In this document: positions 1 to 8,213 of the stretch, piece by piece
Layout: each line of letters begins with the position of its first letter
How positions within the stretch are numbered: position 1 is the stretch's first letter
NCBI GenBank assembly: GCA_964373715.1
Contig: CAYJVR010000001.1
Coordinates: 333,888-397,887, forward strand
From: an uncultured Planctomycetia bacterium
GTDB lineage: Bacteria > Omnitrophota > Gorgyraeia > 1-14-0-20-64-10
Reading direction: 5' to 3'
Length of the DNA stretch: 64,000 nt
Position numbers and translations under genes: made by a program
The notes under the pieces: generated by a model
Databases searched by the model: none
The model's input: only the letters and a program-made list of their open reading frames with translations
Told to the model about the DNA's origin: nothing

Positions 1-451
1 TCCCGAGCGCGGCGATCTTACTCCAGAGCGGAGCGTCGTTGTAGTCCCAGGAGCTGAGCTTGTACGCCTCGAGCCCGAGTTTCTCCGCCCAGAGGATGCC
101 GGTCGGCGAATTCACGGTGGAGAAGAGGATCACCCCTTTCTTGTCGGCGTAGATTTTGATCTCCTGCCACTGCTCGAAGCTGAACCGGAGCCGGCTGAGC
201 ATCTTGTACATGTTCTCGGACTTGGGGCCGTCCACCGTCTCGTAATTGTAGACGACCGTCTTGTCACTCATGATCTCGTCCGGGAACCAGAAGATCAGTT
301 TGATCGCGTCGGCCCCCGCTTCCCGGACCGCGTCAATCAGCTCCTTCGTGATCGTCATGTCGTAGTTGCAGGTGACGCCGCATTCGGCCATCACGAACAG
401 GGGCCTTTCCTCCCCGATCACCCTGTCCCGTATCGTGATCTGGGGCCTCAT
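1..451 (-). CDS. N-acetylneuraminate/pseudaminate synthase family (NeuB/PseI-like), N-terminal part; C-terminus runs off the window
   Basis: The reverse-strand translation from the ATG at 451..449 reads MRPQITIRDRVIGEERPLFVMAECGVTCNYDMTITKELIDAVREAGADAIKLIFW..., a typical NeuB N-terminal TIM-barrel core. The ATG overlaps the stop of the upstream gene (ATGA). Confidence 0.7.
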   Translation of the reverse strand, partial: MRPQITIRDRVIGEERPLFVMAECGVTCNYDMTITKELIDAVREAGADAIKLIFWFPDEIMSDKTVVYNYETVDGPKSENMYKMLSRLRFSFEQWQEIKIYADKKGVILFSTVNSPTGILWAEKLGLEAYKLSSWDYNDAPLWSKIAALG

Positions 452-2163
452 CGTTTCTTCTCCACACTTACGGGGACAGGGTCGTACTGCACGAGGAAAT
501 CCCCGACCGCCAGGTACGGCAGCTGGCTGGCCTCGAACGCCCTCAGAGCGTCCTCCGCGGTGCAGACGATCGGCTCCTCGTGCATGTTGTAGCTGGTGTT
601 GATCACGGAGGCCCTGCCGGTCAGTTCGCGGTACTCGGTCAGTATCCGGTGGAATTCCGGGTTATCTTCCCGGGAGACCACCTGCGGTCTCGCGGTCCCG
701 TCAATGTGGATGGCGGCCGGAGCCTCCTGCATCATCAGCAGGGTGCAGGCGAACGTGGTGGTCATGTGGTGGGCCGGCAGTCTCGCTTTGGAGTAGCCGA
801 TGTACCGTTCTTCCGCGTGTTCAGCCAGCGTCGCAGGCGCGAAGGGCATGAACTCAGAGCGGTTGAGCCTCTTGTTCAGCCAGTCGTTAATCCCCGGCTC
901 CGTTGCCTGGCACAGGATGCTCCGGTTCCCCAGCGCGCGGGGGCCGAACTCCATTTTCCCGTCGAACCGGGCGACGATTTCCCCGTCGGCCAGGAGTTGC
1001 GCGATTTTCTGCTCGATCCGGTCCGGCATGTATTTGTATCGGAACCCGCCGCGCGCCAGAAGCCGTGAGATTTCCGCTTCGGTCTCCTCCGGTCCGAGGT
1101 AGAGGGTGGTGAGCGGGTCCGGCCTTGTCCCGGTTTTTTCAACGTGCGCAAGCCAGGCGGCCCCCACCGCGAGGCCGCCGTCCCCCATGTTAGGGAAAAC
1201 GAACAGCTCCCGGACGTTGGGAAGCTCACAGAGACGCTGGTTCAGCTTCACGTTGGCGAAGATGCCTCCGGCGACGGCGAGCTTCCCTCCGAACTCCCCG
1301 AGGTCGGCCGCCAGCGCGCAGACCACCTCTTCCAGCGTCTTCTGCGCGGAGGAAGCGATGTCCTCCCGGCTGAATTCCCGAACGAATGCTTTCAGCTCCG
1401 GGTTCTCGAACCTGGGCACGTACATCCCGTTTTCCATCCGGGAAACGAACCGTTTCTCTTGAGGGTCGTAATCCACCATTGCCCGGATGTTCGGATAGGA
1501 TTTCGGGTTCCGCACATGGGCCGCGAGACCGAGCACCTTCCCTTCGTGCCGGTGCGGCATGAATCCGAGGGATTTTGTGATGCTGCCGTAGAAATAGCCG
1601 AGCGAATCAATCGTGCTGGACCGGTTGATGAAGTTCATCTTTCCGCGCGAGCATTCCCAGAGAGAGGAGGATCCGTCCTCCCCCCACCCGTCTGCGGTCA
1701 GTACCATGCACTCCGCCCAGCCTGAGCCGTAATAGGCGGATGCCGCGTGCGATTCGTGGTGGCCGAAGACCATCACCGGCCTGCCGAGGGATCGGATCTC
1801 CTCCAGGTATTTCGGGGTCCGGGTGCCGAGCACCATCCGCTCATGTTCGAGCCTTGATCGCAGATGGCCTATCTGCATCTGCTTCTTTTCGGGGGAGAGG
1901 GAGGAGTTCAGGATCGCCTCCTCCGCTTCCTGGAACGGTTTCGGGTCCGGGGACTCCGGCGCTGCCCCGTGCGTGGCCACCAGGTCAATCTGGTCGAGCG
2001 TCAGGCCGGCCATCTCCAGCACCTTCCGGATAGAGGCCTGCGGGACCCCGTTCCAGAGCTTCACCCGGTTGAGCCGTTCTTCGCTTACCGCGCAGAGCAG
2101 TTTGCCGTTGGCGATGATGCAGGCCGACGCGTCGGCCAGAAAAGAGATCCCGAGAATTTTCAT
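448..2163 (-). CDS. NodU/CmcH-family O-carbamoyltransferase
   Basis: 571 aa. The N-terminus MKILGISFLADASACII...GKLLCAVSEERLNRVK and the overall architecture match the NodU/CmcH (HypF-like) carbamoyltransferase family. Confidence 0.75.
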   Translation of the reverse strand: MKILGISFLADASACIIANGKLLCAVSEERLNRVKLWNGVPQASIRKVLEMAGLTLDQIDLVATHGAAPESPDPKPFQEAEEAILNSSLSPEKKQMQIGHLRSRLEHERMVLGTRTPKYLEEIRSLGRPVMVFGHHESHAASAYYGSGWAECMVLTADGWGEDGSSSLWECSRGKMNFINRSSTIDSLGYFYGSITKSLGFMPHRHEGKVLGLAAHVRNPKSYPNIRAMVDYDPQEKRFVSRMENGMYVPRFENPELKAFVREFSREDIASSAQKTLEEVVCALAADLGEFGGKLAVAGGIFANVKLNQRLCELPNVRELFVFPNMGDGGLAVGAAWLAHVEKTGTRPDPLTTLYLGPEETEAEISRLLARGGFRYKYMPDRIEQKIAQLLADGEIVARFDGKMEFGPRALGNRSILCQATEPGINDWLNKRLNRSEFMPFAPATLAEHAEERYIGYSKARLPAHHMTTTFACTLLMMQEAPAAIHIDGTARPQVVSREDNPEFHRILTEYRELTGRASVINTSYNMHEEPIVCTAEDALRAFEASQLPYLAVGDFLVQYDPVPVSVEKKR

Positions 2164-3083
2164 GGTATTTCCACCGTTTGCCTCAGCGCGTGGAACGCGC
2201 GGAGTCCATCAATGAGGTTGGGTAGCGGCCGGCACAGGACCCTCTGCGCTTTGGCGACCGACAAGGTGACGTTGAGCGGCCGCTTGACCTTAAGTTTGGC
2301 GGCGTGGTTCTCCACCGGTACCACCAGGTTTTCCGGGTAGCCGAACAGGGAGGCCAGCTGCCTGGCGAATTCGTACTTTGAGCAGCCCTCCGATCCGGCC
2401 AGGTGCAGCACGCCGGCGGAATCCCCTTCCGCCACGTCGAGCAGAAGCTGCGCCAGGTGGTTCGAGGAGATCGGTGAAAAAAAGAGGTCCACGAATCCTT
2501 TAAAGGGTTTCCCCTCTTGGAGAGAGTTAAGGATCCACTCCGCGAGGCTGTTGTTGTCGGGCAGAATATTCCACCCGTAAAAGGCGGTCCGGATGATCGA
2601 AGCGTCCGGGCGGCTCTTTAGGATAGCTCTTTCTGCTTCGAGTTTTGTCCTGCCGTACATGTGCAGAGGTGCCGTTGGGTCCCCTTCGCAGTAATTTCCC
2701 TTTTTTCCATCGAATACGGAGTCGGTCGAGATGAAGATGAAGCGGCACCTCCGGCCGGCGAGCGCCTTGAGCAGATGGACTGTGCTTCCAACGTTGACGG
2801 CGGCGGCCGCCTCAGGTTCGGATTCGCAGCGGTCAACCGAGGTGATCGCCGCCGCGTGAATCAGGATGTCGGGCCGGAACGTTTCGATCAGCGAGAAGAC
2901 GGCGGCGGGATCCGACACGTCGGCCGCCAGCGTGTCGCACGGTACGGAGGCCTTTTCCGGGTGCCTGGCCACTCCGAGCGTCAGGTGCTCTCTCAAGGAG
3001 GCTTCACGCGCCAGCGCGCTGCCCAGCAAACCGGTGATGCCGGTGACGAGGAGTTTTTTACGGTGCGGAGCCGTGACGCTCAT
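2160..3083 (-). CDS. NAD(P)-dependent sugar reductase, RmlD substrate-binding type (dTDP-4-dehydrorhamnose reductase-like)
   Basis: 307 aa. Carries the N-terminal Rossmann motif LLVTGITGLLGSAL, the YGRTK catalytic motif and an RmlD-like C-terminal half. It overlaps the neighbouring gene by 4 nt. Confidence 0.6.
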   Translation of the reverse strand: MSVTAPHRKKLLVTGITGLLGSALAREASLREHLTLGVARHPEKASVPCDTLAADVSDPAAVFSLIETFRPDILIHAAAITSVDRCESEPEAAAAVNVGSTVHLLKALAGRRCRFIFISTDSVFDGKKGNYCEGDPTAPLHMYGRTKLEAERAILKSRPDASIIRTAFYGWNILPDNNSLAEWILNSLQEGKPFKGFVDLFFSPISSNHLAQLLLDVAEGDSAGVLHLAGSEGCSKYEFARQLASLFGYPENLVVPVENHAAKLKVKRPLNVTLSVAKAQRVLCRPLPNLIDGLRAFHALRQTVEIP

Positions 3084-4114
3084 CCTGTTCTCGCCTCCTG
3101 CTCGGGCTTAAGAAAGGGGGCCAGCCGGACGGACAACCGTTCCGTGCCCCGTCCGTCCACGAGCCGCCGGCCGGCCGATCCGAGTGCGGCCCGTTCCCAG
3201 GAGTTTTTGGAGAGGCGGAGGATCGTTTCGTTCAACCGGCCGGTAAAATCTTCGGCGTCCGGTTTGCCCAGATTGATGAGACAGCCCGCTTCTTCCAGTC
3301 CCTGGAGATTCACGGACTGGTTTTCCGCCATCAGGAGGCCTATGGCCGGGGTGGCTGTGGCCGCCAGTTCATAGCAGGTCTGGCCTCCCGCGCTGATGGC
3401 CAGATCGGCCGCCAGCATAAGAGAGCGCAGATTTTCCGGGTCGGTATAAAGGGAGACCCTTTCGGGCGGAATATTTCCGGTGAAAGGGTTTTCCCCGAGA
3501 GGGCCTGAGATGAGGTCAATCCGGATTTCTGGAAAAGCGCGGAGAACTCCTCCGGCCAGCCGGGAAGCTAGCGCACTCCCGTTGCCTCCTCCGGTCATCA
3601 GCAGAAGACGGCGTACGGGGCCGGAAGGTTCCCGCCGGTCCGGCGCGGCGGCGAACACGGCTCTGAGCAGTATAAAGTCGGGGCCGAGCAGGAAAAGGGT
3701 GTCCGGCTTTCCTCTATACGTGAGTTTCTGGGCTCCGGCGGATCCGTTGGAGACCATTTCCACCGGAAAGAGGCCTCTTTCCCCGGTGTCATCCAGGCAG
3801 AGAGTGGGCGTTCGGCGTGAGAGTTGGCTCATCCGGTCGGAGCCGATTTCCGGGTCGTCGAGAATGCAGAGAGAGGTTTCCGGTCCCGCGTTCAGCAGCT
3901 GGATTGTCGCCTCCAGTCCGAGAGAATCAGGTTCTGTTTCTGATTCAAACCCGGCTTTCCTGAGAATGGCGGAGGCTTCGGCGCCGAAGACGGCGAACCG
4001 GACAACCGTTCCCTTCCCTCTGAGGTGGTCGGCCAGCGTCCAGCACCGGCGCAGATGCCCGAAACCGACAGCCGGACTTCCGGCTGTCCGGATCACAACG
4101 GCCGGCCCTTTCAT
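3080..4114 (-). CDS. PseG-like UDP-sugar hydrolase (GT28 C-terminal-domain family; pseudaminic acid pathway)
   Basis: 344 aa. VVIRTAGSPAVGFGHLRRCWTLADHL matches the PseG/SpsG signature (GxGHxxRC) and the fold is two-domain GT-B-like. Confidence 0.55.
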   Translation of the reverse strand: MKGPAVVIRTAGSPAVGFGHLRRCWTLADHLRGKGTVVRFAVFGAEASAILRKAGFESETEPDSLGLEATIQLLNAGPETSLCILDDPEIGSDRMSQLSRRTPTLCLDDTGERGLFPVEMVSNGSAGAQKLTYRGKPDTLFLLGPDFILLRAVFAAAPDRREPSGPVRRLLLMTGGGNGSALASRLAGGVLRAFPEIRIDLISGPLGENPFTGNIPPERVSLYTDPENLRSLMLAADLAISAGGQTCYELAATATPAIGLLMAENQSVNLQGLEEAGCLINLGKPDAEDFTGRLNETILRLSKNSWERAALGSAGRRLVDGRGTERLSVRLAPFLKPEQEARTG

Positions 4115-4764
4115 GAGAGGGCCCTCTGTCCGGTTGTTTCGGCGAAATCGGGAAGAACCGCCCGGATGTGGGCTCCGTTCTGTTCGATCACGAGGATTTT
4201 TTCCTTGGGGATTTCGAATTCCCGCAGGCGATTATGGAGTGTTTCCCAGTCCTTGTGGAGAGAGCTGATGATGCCGCAGTCGAAAGAGAGGCCGTTTAGT
4301 TTTTCCATCGGGATTACCGGCAGTCCCAGAAAAGTTTCTCCAGCGGCGGCGTCATCCACGAGGCAAATAAGCTGGAGGCCCGCTTCTTTCACGGAGAGGT
4401 AGGTGATTTCAGCCAGTTCCCCCCGTCCGAAAAAGAGGATATTTTTCCCGCCCTTTTGCGCCACTTTCCCGAGCGTTTCTTTCAGTATCTGGCGCACCGA
4501 CCGGTAGAGATGGAGCGAGTATTCCAGATATTCGTGGGTAAGCCGGGTTTTTTCCGCAACCCCCTTCGGAGTCAAGAGATAGTGAATACGGTTTTTTTGG
4601 GCGTTGACAATCTTCAGATACCCCTTATTAACGCACCGGCGGATCATGAGGTTGGTCAAACCGAGAGCCACCCCCATTTTTTTGGAGAGGTGTCTCTGCG
4701 TGGGGGAAGAGTCGTTCGTCAGCTCTTCCAGGACTTTCAGCTCGCGGTAAGATTCGGTTTTCAT
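4111..4764 (-). CDS. Transcriptional regulator: N-terminal winged HTH plus C-terminal Rossmann-like ligand-binding domain (Rex-like/NeuD-N-like)
   Basis: 217 aa. The N-terminal half is wHTH-like (…LSKKMGVALGLTNLMIRRCVNKGYLKI…HYLLTPKGV…). The C-terminal half reads NILFFGRGELAEI…LICLVDD…GLPVIPMEKL, which resembles the Rex NAD-binding domain or the PglD/NeuD N-domain but has a degenerate GxGxxA motif. Confidence 0.5.
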   Translation of the reverse strand: MKTESYRELKVLEELTNDSSPTQRHLSKKMGVALGLTNLMIRRCVNKGYLKIVNAQKNRIHYLLTPKGVAEKTRLTHEYLEYSLHLYRSVRQILKETLGKVAQKGGKNILFFGRGELAEITYLSVKEAGLQLICLVDDAAAGETFLGLPVIPMEKLNGLSFDCGIISSLHKDWETLHNRLREFEIPKEKILVIEQNGAHIRAVLPDFAETTGQRALS

Positions 4765-4808
4765 TCGAAAGGGCTGATTTTTGGGTAAAAGGACGGCACC
4801 TCTATCAT

Positions 4809-4823
4809 GTTCATTTCATGAAC
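4809..4823. promoter_or_regulatory. Perfect 6-bp inverted repeat GTTCAT-TTC-ATGAAC in the 94-bp spacer upstream of the wHTH regulator gene; candidate operator
   Basis: Read directly: gttcatttcatgaac at 4809-4823. It lies in an AT-richer spacer between the regulator start at 4764 and the 3' end of the GT2 pseudogene at 4859. Confidence 0.35.
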
Positions 4824-4858
4824 GTACAATGTCTGCCGCCCGGTGTCAAGGATGAAAA

Positions 4859-5373
4859 TTATCGGAAAAAGCGCTGAAGCCAGTCTTTGAAGGCGTAATT
4901 GAGGATGGCAAATCCGTAACGGACCGAGGGCACTTTCGAACTGGCGTTCGGGTTATAGTAAGTGCCCGCCGGGACCTCCACGATTTTCAGTCCCGCCCGG
5001 TGGCAGGCCACGATGAACTCGGTGTCAAACAGGTACCAATTTCCGATCTGCTCGAAGGGAACCTTTTTCAGAGCCTCTTTGGAGATTGCGCGGAATCCGC
5101 TGTGGAAATCCATAAAGTTCATCCCAAGCAGGAGGTTCTGGATTGATGAAGGTTTTTTTGCGCCCCGCCGTACCCTTTGTTCTGGGCATGGCGGAGCAGA
5201 ATCGTGCGAGGGAGGGAGGTAACGATCTCCGTGGTATTGTCAGAACTGCCGTCATCCAGTACTGCGATTTCATCCACCGGAGGGCACGGGATCTGCGAAA
5301 GAACCTCCCGGATGGTCCGGGAGGCGTTATACGCGGGGATGAGGGCCAGAACCTTCGGCGGTCCGTTCGGCAC
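4859..5373 (-). pseudogene. Decayed GT2 (DPM1-like polyprenyl-phosphate sugar synthase) paralogue, frameshifted and internally deleted
   Basis: Two adjacent ORFs in different frames. 5119..5373 encodes the GT2 N-terminus VLALIPAYNASRTIREV…VLDDGSSDNT…NKGYGGAQK. 4859..5122 encodes the GT2 C-terminus …FHSGFRAISKEAL…. Both align to the intact GT2 at 10527..11318. About 60 aa, including the DxD region, are missing between GYGG and SGFR. Confidence 0.65.
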
Positions 5374-5769
5374 TTAAGGGTCGGAGAATGTGTCCGGGTC
5401 CCGGGGGTCGAATGCTTCGGACACGTAGGCCACGACAAAAGACTCCTCCGGTCCCAGGGTTGTGAACGTATGCGAGGTTCCGGGAGGGACGAAGATCTTC
5501 TGAGCCGAGGTGTTTCCGTCAATGAGATATTCCTCTGTTTGTCCGGAGGAGAGGTCCTTGAGGATTATTTTGACCTTTCCCTTGAGCACGCAGAACCACT
5601 CCGATTTTCTCTTGTGGTAATGATGTCCTCGGACAGTGCCCGGTCTGGAATGGAATCCGTAGACGAGCCCTTTCGGCAGTTCCCGGCAGAAGATCTCCGT
5701 GAGCCAGCCGCGTTCGTCTGTTTTTCGTTCGATAGGCGAGAGTTTTTCGTTTGCCGGTGCCGGCGGCAT
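5374..5769 (-). CDS. Small cupin, WxcM/FdtA-like sugar 3,4-ketoisomerase family
   Basis: The probable start is M at 5769..5767 (MPPAPANEKLSPIERKTDERGWLTEIF…GTVRGHHYHK…FCVLKGK), which overlaps the PseB-like stop by 1 nt. The longer ORF-track form would overlap the upstream gene by 100 nt. Confidence 0.5.
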   Translation of the reverse strand: MPPAPANEKLSPIERKTDERGWLTEIFCRELPKGLVYGFHSRPGTVRGHHYHKRKSEWFCVLKGKVKIILKDLSSGQTEEYLIDGNTSAQKIFVPPGTSHTFTTLGPEESFVVAYVSEAFDPRDPDTFSDP

Positions 5770-6884
5770 CAGCTCAGCCCAAGCCACCGGTTTGCCGAAT
5801 AGATGTGCCGCAGCTGATCTTTGCTGAGCCGGCTGAGATACGGAGACGACGTGCGATCGGCATCGAGCCATCCCTCGGCCCGAAGCAGATGGGTGAAGTC
5901 GTCCGAGGAGAATCGCTTCGCGTTCTCAGAAGAGTACTCATCCGGTATGCCGCACCGATAGCTCTTGTACCGGGCGAGCAGCTTCGGGATCTCGACGAGC
6001 GGTAGGATAACGAAGAACTCTCCGATGTCAATCGAGCGTGTGGCTTCGTTCCGGGAGATGAGGAGCTCGTGGAGCTTCTCACCGGGCCGGATTCCGATCT
6101 TTTTTATCTCGATGGGTTTGCCCGGATTCAGATTTCGGCTCATCAGTTTCGCCAGATCCGATATCCGGATCGACTTCATTTTCAGGACGGCCGTTTCCCC
6201 TCCCAGGGCGATTGATTCCGCCTGAATGAGGGAGGCGATCGCCATACGCAGCGGGATGAAAAAGCGGGTCATCTCGGGGTCCGTGATGGTAATCTCTCCG
6301 AGCCGGAGGATTTGCTCCCTGAAGAGGGGGATGACGCTCCCGCTTGTCCCGATGACGTTGCCCGCCCTGTAGCAGGAAAACACGGTCGGCGCCAGGTTGT
6401 TCGCCGCCACAATCAGTTTTTCCGCGGCTAGCTTTGTGACGCCGTAAAGGTTCAGCGGGTCCACCCCTTTATCGCTGGAGACGTAGATGACCTTGTCCAC
6501 GCGGCAGCGGATGGTGGCGTTGATGACGTTCTGTGTTCCCGCGACGTTGGTCATCACCGTTTCCCAGGGGTTTTCCTCGCAGACGGGAACGTGTTTCAGC
6601 GCGGCGAGGTGAAAAACAAGATTTACTCCGCTCATTGCCAGGTCCAGCCGGGTATGGTCCCGCACATCTCCGATGATATAGCGCAGTGCCGGATGGTTTT
6701 CAAACCGGCGCTTCGATATCACCTGCTGGGTTTCGCCACGGCTGTAGATCCGGATTTCGGCCGGCCGGTGAGGAAGGATCTGGGAAACCAGCTCGGTGCC
6801 CCATGAGCCGGTTCCGCCGGTGATCAGGATGGTTTTTCCCCTGTACCTGGAGAGGGGCCGGTTTCCGTTTCTAGAATGTCTCAT
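5769..6884 (-). CDS. UDP-GlcNAc 4,6-dehydratase, PseB/FlaA1/CapD family
   Basis: 371 aa. Motifs TILITGGTGSWGTEL…LYGVTKLAAEKL match the polysaccharide biosynthesis protein CapD/PseB family. Confidence 0.65.
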   Translation of the reverse strand: MRHSRNGNRPLSRYRGKTILITGGTGSWGTELVSQILPHRPAEIRIYSRGETQQVISKRRFENHPALRYIIGDVRDHTRLDLAMSGVNLVFHLAALKHVPVCEENPWETVMTNVAGTQNVINATIRCRVDKVIYVSSDKGVDPLNLYGVTKLAAEKLIVAANNLAPTVFSCYRAGNVIGTSGSVIPLFREQILRLGEITITDPEMTRFFIPLRMAIASLIQAESIALGGETAVLKMKSIRISDLAKLMSRNLNPGKPIEIKKIGIRPGEKLHELLISRNEATRSIDIGEFFVILPLVEIPKLLARYKSYRCGIPDEYSSENAKRFSSDDFTHLLRAEGWLDADRTSSPYLSRLSKDQLRHIYSANRWLGLS

Positions 6885-6890
6885 GGTTTT

Positions 6891-8213
6891 TCAGAATATC
6901 ATCTTGCTTGGTTTTTCGCAACCCGTTATAAATCCATTAGTTGAAGCGATCAGGACGATCAGCGGAACAAAAAGCTGAAGCCGTAATCGGAAAAGAGTAC
7001 CTAGGTTCGGAACAGCCACGGAGAGAGGGATTGCGATAAGGAGAATGAAGAAAAACAGATAGAGGTTATTCACTCCCCTTTTCTGGAACAGGGCGGCGCC
7101 GCATTTGGCCATGGCCGGAATGAACAGAATCATCAGGAACGCTTCCATTCCTGCAAGAAGCTGAAGCGATTTTGCGGAGTTTTTTCCGGTCCATTCCCAG
7201 GGGAATGGTGCGAAGAAGAGCAGTGTTAAACCGCGGGGGGCGTATGAAATCAGATCGGCCAAGTTTTTGATCCGGATTCCTGGATCCATGGTGGTTGCGC
7301 CGGATTGGTAGAGGATCCCTTCCCTCAGTAATCCCAGATAGCCGGGCAGTTCTCTGATCATCGTTTTTGGCGAGGAGGGATTAAGGTAGCCGAGCATCTC
7401 TTTTGAAGAGAAAAAGATGCCGATCCAGACAGGCAGGCAGACGGCGAGAAAAAGCGGCGCGAACCGGGAGAGTTTGTTCCCGGGCCGGCCGCAAAAACGG
7501 CGGATGGCCGTGACCATGAACAGAAAGCCCGTTGCGGCGGCAAACCCGGCCCCTATATAACCTCGCATGATGGACAAGAGAAAAACGGACAGGGAGACCG
7601 CCGCGAGAGACAGTATCGTTCCTACGCGCTTCGCATCGGCCCTTTCCCAGTACCGGAATATAAAGTGGAAGGCGGCTAATATGAGAAACAGCAGGAAGGA
7701 TTCTTTCAGCAGTTGGGTTGACCAGAGTACAAGGGAGGGCCAGAAGAGTATCAGGGCTGTTCCCCTCCGAGCGGAGCGGATATCGTCCGTGGACCTCCGG
7801 ATGATAAGGAAAACAAGAATTGCGGTACAGCTCAGATACCAGGAGTTGAGGAGGGAAACGCACAGAGGTTTCGCTCCCAGAACCAGGTAGAGGATTGCCG
7901 TGTAGATGACGAACGGCCATTCCGGACCGAGCGAAGGCAGGCTGTTCCCGGCTCTCCAGGCCTGCGCTACCTGCCCGCCGTATAGGTCGTAGACTTTTGA
8001 ATCCCAGGCGAAGTTCCAGAATCCTCCGCCCAACTGGTATCTTTCGAGGAACGGCAGTCCTCTGAGGGAGACTTCGAAAAGGAAGAAAGTTCCCAGAATC
8101 CTGAGAAAATAAGCGGCTAAGATGAGGTTTCGGGTGAAGCGGTCAACTCCTGCTTTCCGGCATAAATACAGGCTCAGCAGGAAGCCGAGAGCCGCCAGGA
8201 GGATCTGCATCAA
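6891..8213 (-). CDS. Polytopic integral membrane protein (about 12 TM) of uncertain type; could be an O-antigen polymerase/ligase or a Gtr-type flippase/GT-C partner
   Basis: 440 aa and strongly hydrophobic, with an ~80-aa hydrophilic loop before the last three helices. I recognise no signature. Confidence 0.3.
   Translation of the reverse strand: MMQILLAALGFLLSLYLCRKAGVDRFTRNLILAAYFLRILGTFFLFEVSLRGLPFLERYQLGGGFWNFAWDSKVYDLYGGQVAQAWRAGNSLPSLGPEWPFVIYTAILYLVLGAKPLCVSLLNSWYLSCTAILVFLIIRRSTDDIRSARRGTALILFWPSLVLWSTQLLKESFLLFLILAAFHFIFRYWERADAKRVGTILSLAAVSLSVFLLSIMRGYIGAGFAAATGFLFMVTAIRRFCGRPGNKLSRFAPLFLAVCLPVWIGIFFSSKEMLGYLNPSSPKTMIRELPGYLGLLREGILYQSGATTMDPGIRIKNLADLISYAPRGLTLLFFAPFPWEWTGKNSAKSLQLLAGMEAFLMILFIPAMAKCGAALFQKRGVNNLYLFFFILLIAIPLSVAVPNLGTLFRLRLQLFVPLIVLIASTNGFITGCEKPSKMIF

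Noticed and set aside
4859-5373. Whether the split GT2 marks a mobile-element insertion or an assembly gap
   Set aside because: There is no transposase, integrase, inverted-terminal-repeat structure or N-run. The lesion is a simple internal deletion plus frameshift. I called it a pseudogene rather than a mobile element. A sequencing error cannot be excluded without reads.
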